DNA of 24,941 bases from a virus. Within the stretch, counting starts at the first letter, position 1. Each line of letters begins with the position of its first letter. This document shows positions 16,938 to 24,939 of this stretch, piece by piece. The position numbers and the translations under genes were made by a program. The notes below the pieces were generated by a model that was not told where the DNA came from, searched no databases, and worked only from the letters and a program-made list of their open reading frames with translations. The stretch lies in the UHGV virus genome UHGV-0019275; one strand, given 5' to 3'.

Positions 16938-16957
16938 TACTGTATGTTTATACAGTA
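16938..16957. promoter_or_regulatory. LexA (SOS) box overlapping the promoter of the tum/dinI-like operon
   Basis: TACTGTATGTTTATACAGTA, a perfect CTGT-N8-ACAG palindrome with AT-rich spacer, between the A stop (17032) and the ORF start (16918). Confidence 0.75.
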
Positions 16958-17031
16958 GCACGTATTGGCAAAAGATGGGAAGAAAAAAAACGAATAGAGC
17001 GATTGCTGTATGTGCATGATATGGATATGAA

Positions 17032-19254
17032 TTACTCATGTATTGGTTTTGATTCTTCAGCCATCGCCGCAACACGATTAAGGATTTTCCGAGCTTTAGC
17101 CTCATGCGATGGTGCTGCGGAAAATATTTCTCCTTTGGCCGTTCCGCGTAGCCATTTACCATCAAAACAACTTTTACCACCGGCCATCAGGTGCAGGGCT
17201 TCGCCCCGGCTGATATTAATGCCGGTTGTCAGATGTATCTCATCGATAGTTTTAGCTATAGCTGCGTTTTGCTCATCCGTTCCGTGGATGAATTTTCGCC
17301 GTGCTGCTGGCTTTTGCTTCCTGAGTCGGTTGGTCAATTCTCGTCTTTCACGCCGACTCAGTGGTTTTGTTAAATCCAGTATCGGTGGATCGCTTTCGCT
17401 TCCCGTACAGTTATTGACAGAACTCCGAGGGACGGCTTTGCCGTCCTGAAGGTCAACGGCCAAATCAACAGCACGCTTCGGAACAATCTTCCACTGAGTG
17501 AGCCGGGTTAAAATCGGGCTTCCTGCACCTATGGAGGAATCGTAGACCCCCTTAATACATACCGTTTCCTCACCGTACTGATTAAGCTCGGTACGCGGTT
17601 CATACAGTGTGCGCACCTGTAAATCATCGCGACGGACAAACGGCCCACCCTGAGCATTAACATAACCAGCCCAGTCACCAGCGTCGGCGGCATCATGGAC
17701 GGCGGCAAACTCAACGCTCAGACCGTGCGCGGTTTCGGTATCAGCGAGGCGACGCAACTCACGGTAAACCGTCACCGGCGCACCACCAATAAACTGAAAC
17801 TGACGGATGTGCCAGCGCGCAGCCCATGCTGAAACGGCGGGGGCTGTCTCTTTCAGCAGCTCACCGCTTTCATCATCGGTTTCACCATCGAGAGCATAAC
17901 CGTCGATATTTTTTGAAATGTATTTAGCAACATAGCCGGTTGCGCTGCCTTTCTCCGGGTCAATGGACTCCGCGTGGAAACGTGCTTTTTGGGATTTATC
18001 GCTTTTCAGTTCGTGGCGGTCTTCTTTCCATGCGTATTTACGGACGATGGAGCGAACATATTCAACATCTTCCGGCAGCATGAACATCAGCATGTGCCAG
18101 TGTGGAGTGCCGTCGTGATGGGGCTCGGCGACACGAATACCGAAAATACGGACATCTTCCCGATGTAGTTTGGCACGGATACGCGCCCAGATACCGGTTA
18201 GATAGTTTTGCGTGTCAGCCGGGCTGGCACCGCTCCATTTGCTGTTACGGTAACCGGCTTTAGTCGTGGCGTGATATTTTGACGGCGCGGTTAGAGTGTA
18301 AAACTCACCGACATAACCGAGCTCATTACAGATGTTTTCAAACCCACGAATGCGGGTCATGAGCTCACAGCGGCGAATCGCAGGGTTAGCAACTGAGCCA
18401 TCATATTTTTCAATTAGGCTGATACGGTTGCCGTCTTCGTCTTCGAGATCCAGACCTTTGAGAAATTCACGAGTGCGGCGCTTTTGTTCACGCCAGTCAG
18501 TCACGCAGTTTTTACTCGCGTAAGTGTTTTTTTTCTTACTGACGTTGCCGACTGCAATTTGCAGGTGTTCGCGCCACGTAGCTGCTACACGGCGCAAACG
18601 ACCGCGCCACCACCCATCGTTAAACATTTTGGCGATAGCCGGTGCGATTTCATCCGCACCGACATATTTTTTTTCAACCCGCTCCCAATGTGGTGGGATA
18701 ACGTTGAATTGGAGGGAAATAAAGCCAGCACGAATATACCAGGTGTACAGCGTTTTAAGCTCGCCGAATCCGTGGTCATTAATGTTGGCAAGTTCACCAC
18801 GAATGAAATTAGCAATATCAGCGGCCAACAGGTCAACATCAGCGCGCGACATGTCCGGGAGACGGTTATATCGGGCGACCATATTAACCATGCGTGACGA
18901 CAGATATTGCATTTGCTGAGTATCAAAATGACTTCCAAAAACAGCGGTTGATACCTTGCTGTTGATACCAGCGCATTCGTATTTTTTTGCGACCAGTTCA
19001 AGACGCGGCAATGCCTTTTTGCAGAAGCTGATTAAAAATGCATTGGCTCGTTGACTACCCTGATTTTGTTCCAGCACCGCAGCAGTGCGATAAACATCTA
19101 ACCGCACGCAGTCGGGCTGGAGAGAAAGCACCTTTTTTGCATGCAGCAAAGCCGCGAACATACGGTCGCGGCGATGCTGTTGCTCATAAGTAAGGTATGG
19201 GCTGGAGATTGCCGACCGTGGGACGTTCCACGGATAAGCGAATTGAACAGCCAA
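17032..19254 (-). CDS. A: Replication initiation endonuclease A (rolling-circle initiator)
   Basis: 740 aa; conserved blocks (YTLTAPSKYH; VAEPHHDGTPHWHMLMF; GYVAKYISKNIDGYALDG) match P2 gpA from memory; initiator codon at 19254 is TTG, 1 nt after the upstream stop (coupled). Confidence 0.95.
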   Translation of the reverse strand: MAVQFAYPWNVPRSAISSPYLTYEQQHRRDRMFAALLHAKKVLSLQPDCVRLDVYRTAAVLEQNQGSQRANAFLISFCKKALPRLELVAKKYECAGINSKVSTAVFGSHFDTQQMQYLSSRMVNMVARYNRLPDMSRADVDLLAADIANFIRGELANINDHGFGELKTLYTWYIRAGFISLQFNVIPPHWERVEKKYVGADEIAPAIAKMFNDGWWRGRLRRVAATWREHLQIAVGNVSKKKNTYASKNCVTDWREQKRRTREFLKGLDLEDEDGNRISLIEKYDGSVANPAIRRCELMTRIRGFENICNELGYVGEFYTLTAPSKYHATTKAGYRNSKWSGASPADTQNYLTGIWARIRAKLHREDVRIFGIRVAEPHHDGTPHWHMLMFMLPEDVEYVRSIVRKYAWKEDRHELKSDKSQKARFHAESIDPEKGSATGYVAKYISKNIDGYALDGETDDESGELLKETAPAVSAWAARWHIRQFQFIGGAPVTVYRELRRLADTETAHGLSVEFAAVHDAADAGDWAGYVNAQGGPFVRRDDLQVRTLYEPRTELNQYGEETVCIKGVYDSSIGAGSPILTRLTQWKIVPKRAVDLAVDLQDGKAVPRSSVNNCTGSESDPPILDLTKPLSRRERRELTNRLRKQKPAARRKFIHGTDEQNAAIAKTIDEIHLTTGINISRGEALHLMAGGKSCFDGKWLRGTAKGEIFSAAPSHEAKARKILNRVAAMAEESKPIHE

Positions 19255-19255
19255 T

Positions 19256-19477
19256 TTATACCCCCCGATAGTGTTTGTTTTTTAGCTCTGCGATTTGCTG
19301 GCAGGTTACGCAAAAAGCCACGCCCGGAATCGCAATGCGGCGAGCTTCCGGGATTGGTGCGTCACATTCCTCGCAAAGAAAACAGGAAGGTGCAGCGATA
19401 CGGGTGCGTGCGTTGCTGATGTGGCGTTCGCGGTCTTCCTGCTCGCGCAGTTGTGCTAAATCCATTGCGTCGGCCAT
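19256..19477 (-). CDS. TraR/DksA-family C4 zinc-finger protein
   Basis: 73 aa with CFLCEEC...CVTC four-Cys motif; same position as the P2 orf82-type gene upstream of A. Confidence 0.8.
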   Translation of the reverse strand: MADAMDLAQLREQEDRERHISNARTRIAAPSCFLCEECDAPIPEARRIAIPGVAFCVTCQQIAELKNKHYRGV

Positions 19478-19704
19478 TAGTGCAGCTCCTGTGATTCATT
19501 CTCAAAGCGGGTTGCTTCACGGCGCAGCAGTTCGGCAGCTTCGGTGCCGCTCATTCCCTCTCTGGTAATATGGATAGCCAGCGCCTCAAGGCGGATGGAA
19601 ACAGCGAGCGCGCGGTCTTTACGCTCTTCTTTTTTTGCATCGGTCAGCAATACGGCCAGCGCATCGCTATCAGTGTTAAAACTACGGATTTCGGTATTAC
19701 GCAT
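19477..19704 (-). CDS. Hypothetical early protein
   Basis: 75 aa; ATG 19704 with AGGAGA SD; stop overlaps the next start. Confidence 0.5.
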   Translation of the reverse strand: MRNTEIRSFNTDSDALAVLLTDAKKEERKDRALAVSIRLEALAIHITREGMSGTEAAELLRREATRFENESQELH

Positions 19705-19771
19705 AATTAACTCTCCTGATTTCGGGCAATAAGATGCCCGGCGGGTTTACGCCATTAAATTTCTGTTTGGA

Positions 19772-20110
19772 TTAATTCGGCATGGTTAGCCGTTTGGGAA
19801 ATAAGCTCACTACTGCACGAAAATGATTCATCGCTGTAATAAGCGCCTTTTTCTCGTCAGTAGTCAGCTCACTTAATTCGAGTTCATGACGAGCCGCCGG
19901 TATTTTTGCCAGAAAGAAAATAGCGGCCAGCGCCCGATTATTTTCTTCAAATTGTGGGTCACGTTTATCGCGCATATCATCGACAAAACGTTCAACCTCT
20001 TTCCAGCTATCGCCCCAATATCTCGCGCGCAATTCGGCAACATGATTGAGACCGGCCAGACGTTCACCCGCTTTTAGCGGAACAGTCGCGGAAACAGCTT
20101 CGATAGCCAT
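19772..20110 (-). CDS. Hypothetical early protein
   Basis: 112 aa; ATG 20110 with G-rich SD. Confidence 0.5.
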   Translation of the reverse strand: MAIEAVSATVPLKAGERLAGLNHVAELRARYWGDSWKEVERFVDDMRDKRDPQFEENNRALAAIFFLAKIPAARHELELSELTTDEKKALITAMNHFRAVVSLFPKRLTMPN

Positions 20111-20280
20111 GATCCCCCCCGCTTTTGAGTAGAGAGGCCAGCCAGTAAATCAGCCTGCGAGTGGCTCGGGTGCCAGCGCTTGCCGTCCTTACCTGCGATC
20201 CAGCCGTGGCCGTAGTGCATGCCGGGGCTTTGCTTAACGAGCAGAGATGCGAATGACGGTTCACTTTTCAGCATACGCAC
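20074..20280 (-). CDS. Hypothetical small protein (start may be GTG 20280 or a downstream ATG)
   Basis: ORF-track start is GTG; overlaps the downstream gene by 37 nt; weak support. Confidence 0.3.
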   Translation of the reverse strand: MRMLKSEPSFASLLVKQSPGMHYGHGWIAGKDGKRWHPSHSQADLLAGLSTQKRGGSWLSKLFPRLFR

Positions 20281-20281
20281 C

Positions 20282-20791
20282 TCAAATCAGACCAAACGAT
20301 GCGCCAATACCGCTCATGGTATCGACCACGCTCGACATAGCTGGATTAGTCTGCAGACGTGCATGCAGAGCCAGAGCCGACAATGACAACATGCGAATGC
20401 CGGAGTTAACGCTTTCAATCATGTTATGCTTACGGGCAATGGTCAGACGTTCATCAGATACCGCGCCGCTCGCCAGTTCGCCGAGTTCACGCATTGCGCG
20501 CATGACATAAGACTGCAATTTGTCTTTAGCCAACTCATTAACCGGCACGCATGGTAGGCAGTGAATCTGCGCTAAAAAACCATCAATGAGGGTTGAGTCT
20601 TCGGTCAGGTCAGTCAGCAGCCACAATTCAGACGGCGTGAACTGGTGAGGCTGTTCCGGGTTGAGCTTGTTACGTAACGTTTGAACGTTCATACCTGCAC
20701 GCTTGGCCAGCTTCGCCATATTGTGACGCTGTGCGAAAATGCGGCATGCTTCGTCATAGTGGGGATGTTTGGAAACCTGAAAATCAAACAT
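20282..20791 (-). CDS. cII: Phage CII-like regulatory protein (186 CII / CP76 family)
   Basis: Start set at ATG 20791 (MFDFQVSKHPHYDEACRIFAQRHNMAKLAKRAGMNVQTLRNKLNPEQPH...) with GAGGGA SD, giving 169 aa; second gene of the early lytic operon; matches my memory of 186 CII. Confidence 0.7.
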   Translation of the reverse strand: MFDFQVSKHPHYDEACRIFAQRHNMAKLAKRAGMNVQTLRNKLNPEQPHQFTPSELWLLTDLTEDSTLIDGFLAQIHCLPCVPVNELAKDKLQSYVMRAMRELGELASGAVSDERLTIARKHNMIESVNSGIRMLSLSALALHARLQTNPAMSSVVDTMSGIGASFGLI

Positions 20792-20823
20792 GGTTAAATT
20801 CCCTCTAACTTGCATAATCAAAT

Positions 20824-21195
20824 TCAGTTAAGAGCGGTGCGCTGGTCGATGTAGCGACAATCAATCGCTTGTTGAGTCAGCTTATCGCGCCATGCTTTTA
20901 CGTTTACGAGGGTTCGGCTTCGTTTAGCAGCTTCCTCTTTGTTGGAAAAGTCTTTGGTCGGAGCTTTGAGAAGGACTCCCTCATCGAGCCATTGCCAGAC
21001 CAGACGCTCGCTAACACCGCGAGTAGCGGCGAAGTCTTTCACAGTCATCGTGTCTGACATAGCGGAGCGAATCATTGTCTGTAGAGCTGGCAGCATGGCG
21101 GTAACGATGGCATCAAACTGTGTTGGATCTAGCAGCACAGTTTGATTTTGTGAGTTTTGCGAGTCGTGCGTCGAGATTGATTTTGCATCTGACAT
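20824..21195 (-). CDS. Apl/Cox-like HTH regulator (excisionase / lytic-operon first gene)
   Basis: 123 aa; ATG 21195 with AGGAG SD; HTH-like segment MTVKDFAATRGVSERLVWQWLDEGVL; first gene downstream of the leftward promoter. Confidence 0.6.
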   Translation of the reverse strand: MSDAKSISTHDSQNSQNQTVLLDPTQFDAIVTAMLPALQTMIRSAMSDTMTVKDFAATRGVSERLVWQWLDEGVLLKAPTKDFSNKEEAAKRSRTLVNVKAWRDKLTQQAIDCRYIDQRTALN

Positions 21196-21258
21196 ATCGC
21201 ATTATCTCCTGTTGTTTGAAATGTAGTGCAGTGGTGTGCATCTTGGTCGATGAATGCC

Positions 21259-21287
21259 ACTATAGATCGTAAAAAGTTTTCTGTAAA
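21259..21287 (-). promoter_or_regulatory. Sigma70-type early lytic promoter (pR/Pe analogue), reading leftward
   Basis: Minus strand TTTACA (21282-21287), 17-bp spacer, TATAGT (21259-21264); sits next to the repressor start, consistent with the face-to-face promoter layout of P2/186 switches. Confidence 0.5.
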
Positions 21288-21316
21288 CACCCATAAAATT
21301 ATCTGTAGGGGTTTTT

Positions 21317-22177
21317 ATGAGTTCTGAGCTTGATGTTCAGTGGCGTGTTAGTGCAACGAACGGCGTATTGGAACGCTTAATGTCAGCCTATGGGGTCAAG
21401 ATGCAAAAGGATTTGGCTGACCTGCTAGGTATCGCTAAACACAGCGTTAGCGGCTGGGTTCAGCGTGATGCAATACCTGGCAATGTCATAGTTAGGTGTT
21501 GTCTTGACACGGGAGCTGATATCAATTGGCTTGTAAATGGAGAACTTGCAAATGCAAATCACGAGCGAGCCAGTTGCAAGTTAAAAGGCAAAGAGCTTTA
21601 TGACGAGATTATGACGAATGGTGGTAAAACCGTTTTGCGTAGGATTCTTGATGCGTATGGCTTTACCATGCAAAAGGAGCTCGGTGATTTGCTCGGCATT
21701 TCCTCTGGCACAATTAGCACATGGGTAAGGCGAGATTTTTTCCCTGGTGATGTTGTTGTTACATGCGCTCTTGATACCGATACGTCACTGGAATGGTTAG
21801 CAACAGGCAAGGGGCAAATGCGAGCTAACAGGGAAGATGTCACATCTGGTTTTTCTATTAAAAAATCTCGTCTTGAATCTGGTGAGCTTAAGGATGCAGG
21901 AACGTGGCATCCTGACCCCTCAATGATTCCTTCTAACTCAGGGGAATTGATTTTTGTTGACGGTGTAGCTGCCTCTTGGCTTGTCGACTGTTCTGCTTCG
22001 AATATAAGTAATGGTCGCTGGTTAATTGATATCGACGGCGCTCTTGATGTTTTTGATGTAATTCGCTTGCCCGGTGGAAAAGTCAGGTTGTCAAATAAGT
22101 CTGCTGAGTTTGAATGCAACATTACAGACATTACTCCTGCCGGGGCTGTAGTTTTCACATTGGAAAAACACGTGTAA
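21317..22177 (+). CDS. cI: Immunity repressor, 186 CI-like, with tandemly duplicated N-terminal HTH domain
   Basis: 286 aa; residues about 16-75 and 105-165 are internal repeats (AYG..MQK.L.DLLGI.....S.WV.RD..PG.V.V.C.LDT.....WL..G), each resembling the 186 CI DNA-binding domain; upstream of int on the same strand. Confidence 0.8.
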   Translation: MSSELDVQWRVSATNGVLERLMSAYGVKMQKDLADLLGIAKHSVSGWVQRDAIPGNVIVRCCLDTGADINWLVNGELANANHERASCKLKGKELYDEIMTNGGKTVLRRILDAYGFTMQKELGDLLGISSGTISTWVRRDFFPGDVVVTCALDTDTSLEWLATGKGQMRANREDVTSGFSIKKSRLESGELKDAGTWHPDPSMIPSNSGELIFVDGVAASWLVDCSASNISNGRWLIDIDGALDVFDVIRLPGGKVRLSNKSAEFECNITDITPAGAVVFTLEKHV

Positions 22178-22185
22178 GGGACATT

Positions 22186-22514
22186 ATGAAATGTAAACTC
22201 TTTTTAGCTCTGCTTCTTACCCTTTCTTTTGGAGCCTCAGCCGCTGAAAAAACACAGGATTTAGATGGCGCTAAGTTTGGTGAGGATTGGCCGTTAACTT
22301 TTGAAAAAGCTACGGTGTCTTGTGTCAACGGTAAATATGCCTTTGTGTACGACAAAGCAACAGATGACCAAATGGTTTTGCGATTGATGGAGTAAAGTCT
22401 GGAAAGCTTGAGGGGAGCAATATTGATACTGTTTGGAAAGATAGCCCGGAGTATGCAGGCGTAAAAATTCCTTTGGATCCTGTAATGGATGCTGCAACAG
22501 CACTTTGGGAATAA
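22186..22514 (+). pseudogene. Small secreted protein gene (DUF2511/YebY-like?) interrupted by a frameshift
   Basis: ATG 22186 with AAGGG SD and signal-peptide-like N-terminus MKCKLFLALLLTLSFGASA; frame 1 stops at 22393-22395, but frame 3 continues as PNGFAIDGVKSGKLEGSNIDTVWKDSPEYAGVKIPLDPVMDAATALWE to 22514; a 1-nt indel near 22366-22370 would join them. Confidence 0.5.
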
Positions 22515-22536
22515 TTAGAGTTGCCTCGGTGACATT

Positions 22537-23577
22537 ATGACTGTAAGTAAGCAAAAAAATGGCAAATGGTTATGCGAGCTCTATCCAAATGGTCGAGAAG
22601 GGCGGCGTATACGTCGGCAATTCAATACCAAAGGTGAGGCCGAGGCATTCGAAGCATTTACGAAAAGTGAGAGTGAGGATAAGCCGTGGCTCGGCAAGAA
22701 AGAAGACCGCCGACGCTTAAGTGAGATTATCCAGCTTTGGCATAATTTACACGGACAGGCACTGGTCGCCAGTAAGTCGCGGTTAGCTAAACTTCAAATC
22801 GTGTGTAATGGACTTGGTGACCCTATTGCATCCCGCCTTACTGCTAAAGATTGGGCTCATTACCGTGACCGCCGACTTCGGGGGGAGATAGATAATGGCT
22901 ATCATAAAGACCCGGCAAAATGGATTGCTAAACCGATAACTGTCAATCGTGAGCAACAATATCTTGAGGCTGTATTTAATGAGCTCAAAAGGCTAGGGGA
23001 GTGGAGCTTACCAAATCCACTTGATGGAGTCCGTGTTTTCAAGGAAGCCGAGAAAGAAATGTCTTGGCTCACTTTGTCTCAAATTCCGAAATTGTTTCAG
23101 GCATGCGAGCAATACGGAAAAGAAGACCTCACCATGATTGTTAAGATTTGTCTTGCAACAGGTGCTAGATGGGGTGAGGCTGAGAGGTTGACACGTCCCC
23201 AGCTCTCGCCACATAAACTGACCTTCACCAAAACGAAAGGGAAAAAGAATCGAACCGTTCCGATCCCAAAATGGTTGTATGACGAATTATCTGAAAGGCA
23301 GGGAAAGATGTTTAAGCCTTGCTATCAGGAGTTTAAAAAGATGCTCAAACTAACGGATATCGAACTGACGGAAGGGCAAAAGACACACGTTCTGCGTCAT
23401 ACCTTCGGCGCTCATTTTATGATGAATGGCGGGAATATTCTTGTGCTGCAACGTATACTCGGTCATGCGAATATTCGTGAAACTATGAAGTATGCACATT
23501 TCTCCCCGGATCATCTTGAGGAGGCTGTAACATTTAATCCTTTAACATTATGTAATGGTTTTAAATGGAAAGATTAA
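22537..23577 (+). CDS. int: Tyrosine integrase (P2 Int family)
   Basis: 346 aa; C-terminal catalytic motifs HVLRHTFGAHF and GHANIRETMKYAHF; downstream of the repressor as in P2/186. Confidence 0.9.
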   Translation: MTVSKQKNGKWLCELYPNGREGRRIRRQFNTKGEAEAFEAFTKSESEDKPWLGKKEDRRRLSEIIQLWHNLHGQALVASKSRLAKLQIVCNGLGDPIASRLTAKDWAHYRDRRLRGEIDNGYHKDPAKWIAKPITVNREQQYLEAVFNELKRLGEWSLPNPLDGVRVFKEAEKEMSWLTLSQIPKLFQACEQYGKEDLTMIVKICLATGARWGEAERLTRPQLSPHKLTFTKTKGKKNRTVPIPKWLYDELSERQGKMFKPCYQEFKKMLKLTDIELTEGQKTHVLRHTFGAHFMMNGGNILVLQRILGHANIRETMKYAHFSPDHLEEAVTFNPLTLCNGFKWKD

Positions 23578-23645
23578 TTATGCGTATATTGTTAGTTTAT
23601 TTTAACGCTGTTGGATTTAAATTTAATAACGGCTGCGTCTATTGT

Positions 23646-23692
23646 AAACCATAAAGACCACCTATGGCCGTCTTTATGGTTTGTGTTTTTTT
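23646..23692 (+). terminator. Rho-independent terminator downstream of int
   Basis: 13-bp inverted repeat AAACCATAAAGAC / GTCTTTATGGTTT with 11-nt loop, followed by a 7-T run (23686-23692). Confidence 0.55.
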
Positions 23693-23693
23693 G

Positions 23694-24464
23694 TTATGAT
23701 GGTAATTCTATTTCATCATGATCATCAACTTTTTCAAAGTCACCGGCTTTAATTGGGACAGGTTTAAGTTCAATTTCACCGAAACCCATTGGGAAAAGAC
23801 TATGAGTAGTGTCTTGTTTGCAAAAATAAGATACCAAATCAAATCCACAGGAAACTTTTTTTATAAAGTCATCTGATAGTAAAATGCATAAAAAAGATGA
23901 GTCTTCTTTTGTTTCTGTGTTTTTCTTTGTTGTCTTGGGGTGAATTATGTCATTTCTAAGTGACTCAAGGCTTTTAAAATCTTGCCATAGTTTTGAACCT
24001 TTAGGTGAATCACAATTTAAAATAGACGGTAGGATTTTATCTATTTTTTCACTTGTTGGTATATATCGCTCAATTAGCTCTTTGCTATAGGATTCTTTGA
24101 TTCCCTTGGCATTGTTTTTTTCATAAACATAATCATGTGGTATGCATATATTTGCAAAAGACTCAATTGCAGTATACATAGAAATAATGGCCGTCTGAAT
24201 TGATTCAAAGTAATTATAGAGTCTCGGCAGGTCTTTGTCGGAAATTTTAAAGTTTTTATGTTTGGTTTTGTGTATTTTTCCAAAAAGACTTTTATATATA
24301 GAATTGGATTTTGAGAGCTCTTTTTTTGCTGAGGATAAGAATATAGAAACGTTATTTGGGGTGAAAAAACTAACTGTCGCACCAGATAATGTGGCTTTAT
24401 CTGACATTTGCAATGTCAAATTTAAATTTTCTTCTTCTATTCTTGCTATGATTGGTCTCTGCAT
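23694..24464 (-). CDS. Hypothetical protein in AT-rich flank beyond int (start uncertain; ORF-track start 24539 is TTG)
   Basis: Long AT-rich ORF; first ATG at 24464 lacks a good SD; contains RNDIIH (an Rx4H, HEPN-like motif); no family recognised. Confidence 0.4.
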   Translation of the reverse strand: MQRPIIARIEEENLNLTLQMSDKATLSGATVSFFTPNNVSIFLSSAKKELSKSNSIYKSLFGKIHKTKHKNFKISDKDLPRLYNYFESIQTAIISMYTAIESFANICIPHDYVYEKNNAKGIKESYSKELIERYIPTSEKIDKILPSILNCDSPKGSKLWQDFKSLESLRNDIIHPKTTKKNTETKEDSSFLCILLSDDFIKKVSCGFDLVSYFCKQDTTHSLFPMGFGEIELKPVPIKAGDFEKVDDHDEIELPS

Positions 24465-24910
24465 CCTGATATCGATAATCTGGATTGTATCCTTTTTTGA
24501 CACGTTCTTCTCCGTGGATGTTTTGTGGTTAAAAAACAATGCTAATTTTAGGATGTTGGGTTTTTAAAAACTGACAACTACTTGGTAATACCTGATTCGT
24601 GCAAAAATAATTTTGAAGCTAATAATTACATTATATCAGGTAAAAATCATATAATGCGTATCAATATTACAACATATACGGAAATTTTCCAACTACCTCA
24701 TGTGTTAGCGTTTCACTCGGGTATACTAAAGTCTGTGTGGTATAAAGCTTTAAGTGGCGGCAAAGTGGCGGCGGAGGTTGCAGAATATTGCAATTCACTG
24801 CATTAAAAATTAAATTAACTAATTGTTTTTATTATAATTATATGTTTTTTATGTGGTTTTATTGGGAGCGTCTTAACTAAGATTTCGCTTAAGCGACATC
24901 CTGTTAAGAA

Positions 24911-24939
24911 GGGCTGGCCAATTGGCTGGCCCTTTTTTT
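24911..24939 (+). terminator. Rho-independent terminator-like hairpin at the right window edge
   Basis: GGGCUGGCC-aauu-GGCUGGCCC (9-bp stem with two G-U pairs) followed by UUUUUUU. Confidence 0.4.

Larger units (their letters stand above)
1..23600. mobile_element. Partial P2/186-family prophage, from tail-fiber invertible segment to integrase; left end truncated by the window, right boundary approximate
   Basis: Collinear set of ORFs whose translations I recognise as P2 H, G, I, J, W, V, S, R, LysB/C, K, Y, X, L, M, N, O, P, Q, A and Int homologues, in P2 order with overlapping start/stop codons; cos-like 19-mer at 15467-15485. Exact att sites not identified. Confidence 0.85.

Noticed and set aside
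16773-17180. 135-aa minus-strand ORF spanning the A 3' end, the LexA box and the tum start
   Set aside because: Overlaps the A C-terminus and crosses the regulatory region out of frame with the tum ORF; not compatible with the promoter/operator layout.
23578-23700. tRNA or tmRNA 3' fragment as integration target next to int
   Set aside because: No T-loop-like GGTTCGAATCC-type sequence or acceptor-stem pattern seen; the inverted repeat present is better explained as the int terminator.
24582-24806. 74-aa + strand ORF in the right flank
   Set aside because: Initiator is TTG with no SD and the ORF is short and AT-rich; insufficient evidence to call.
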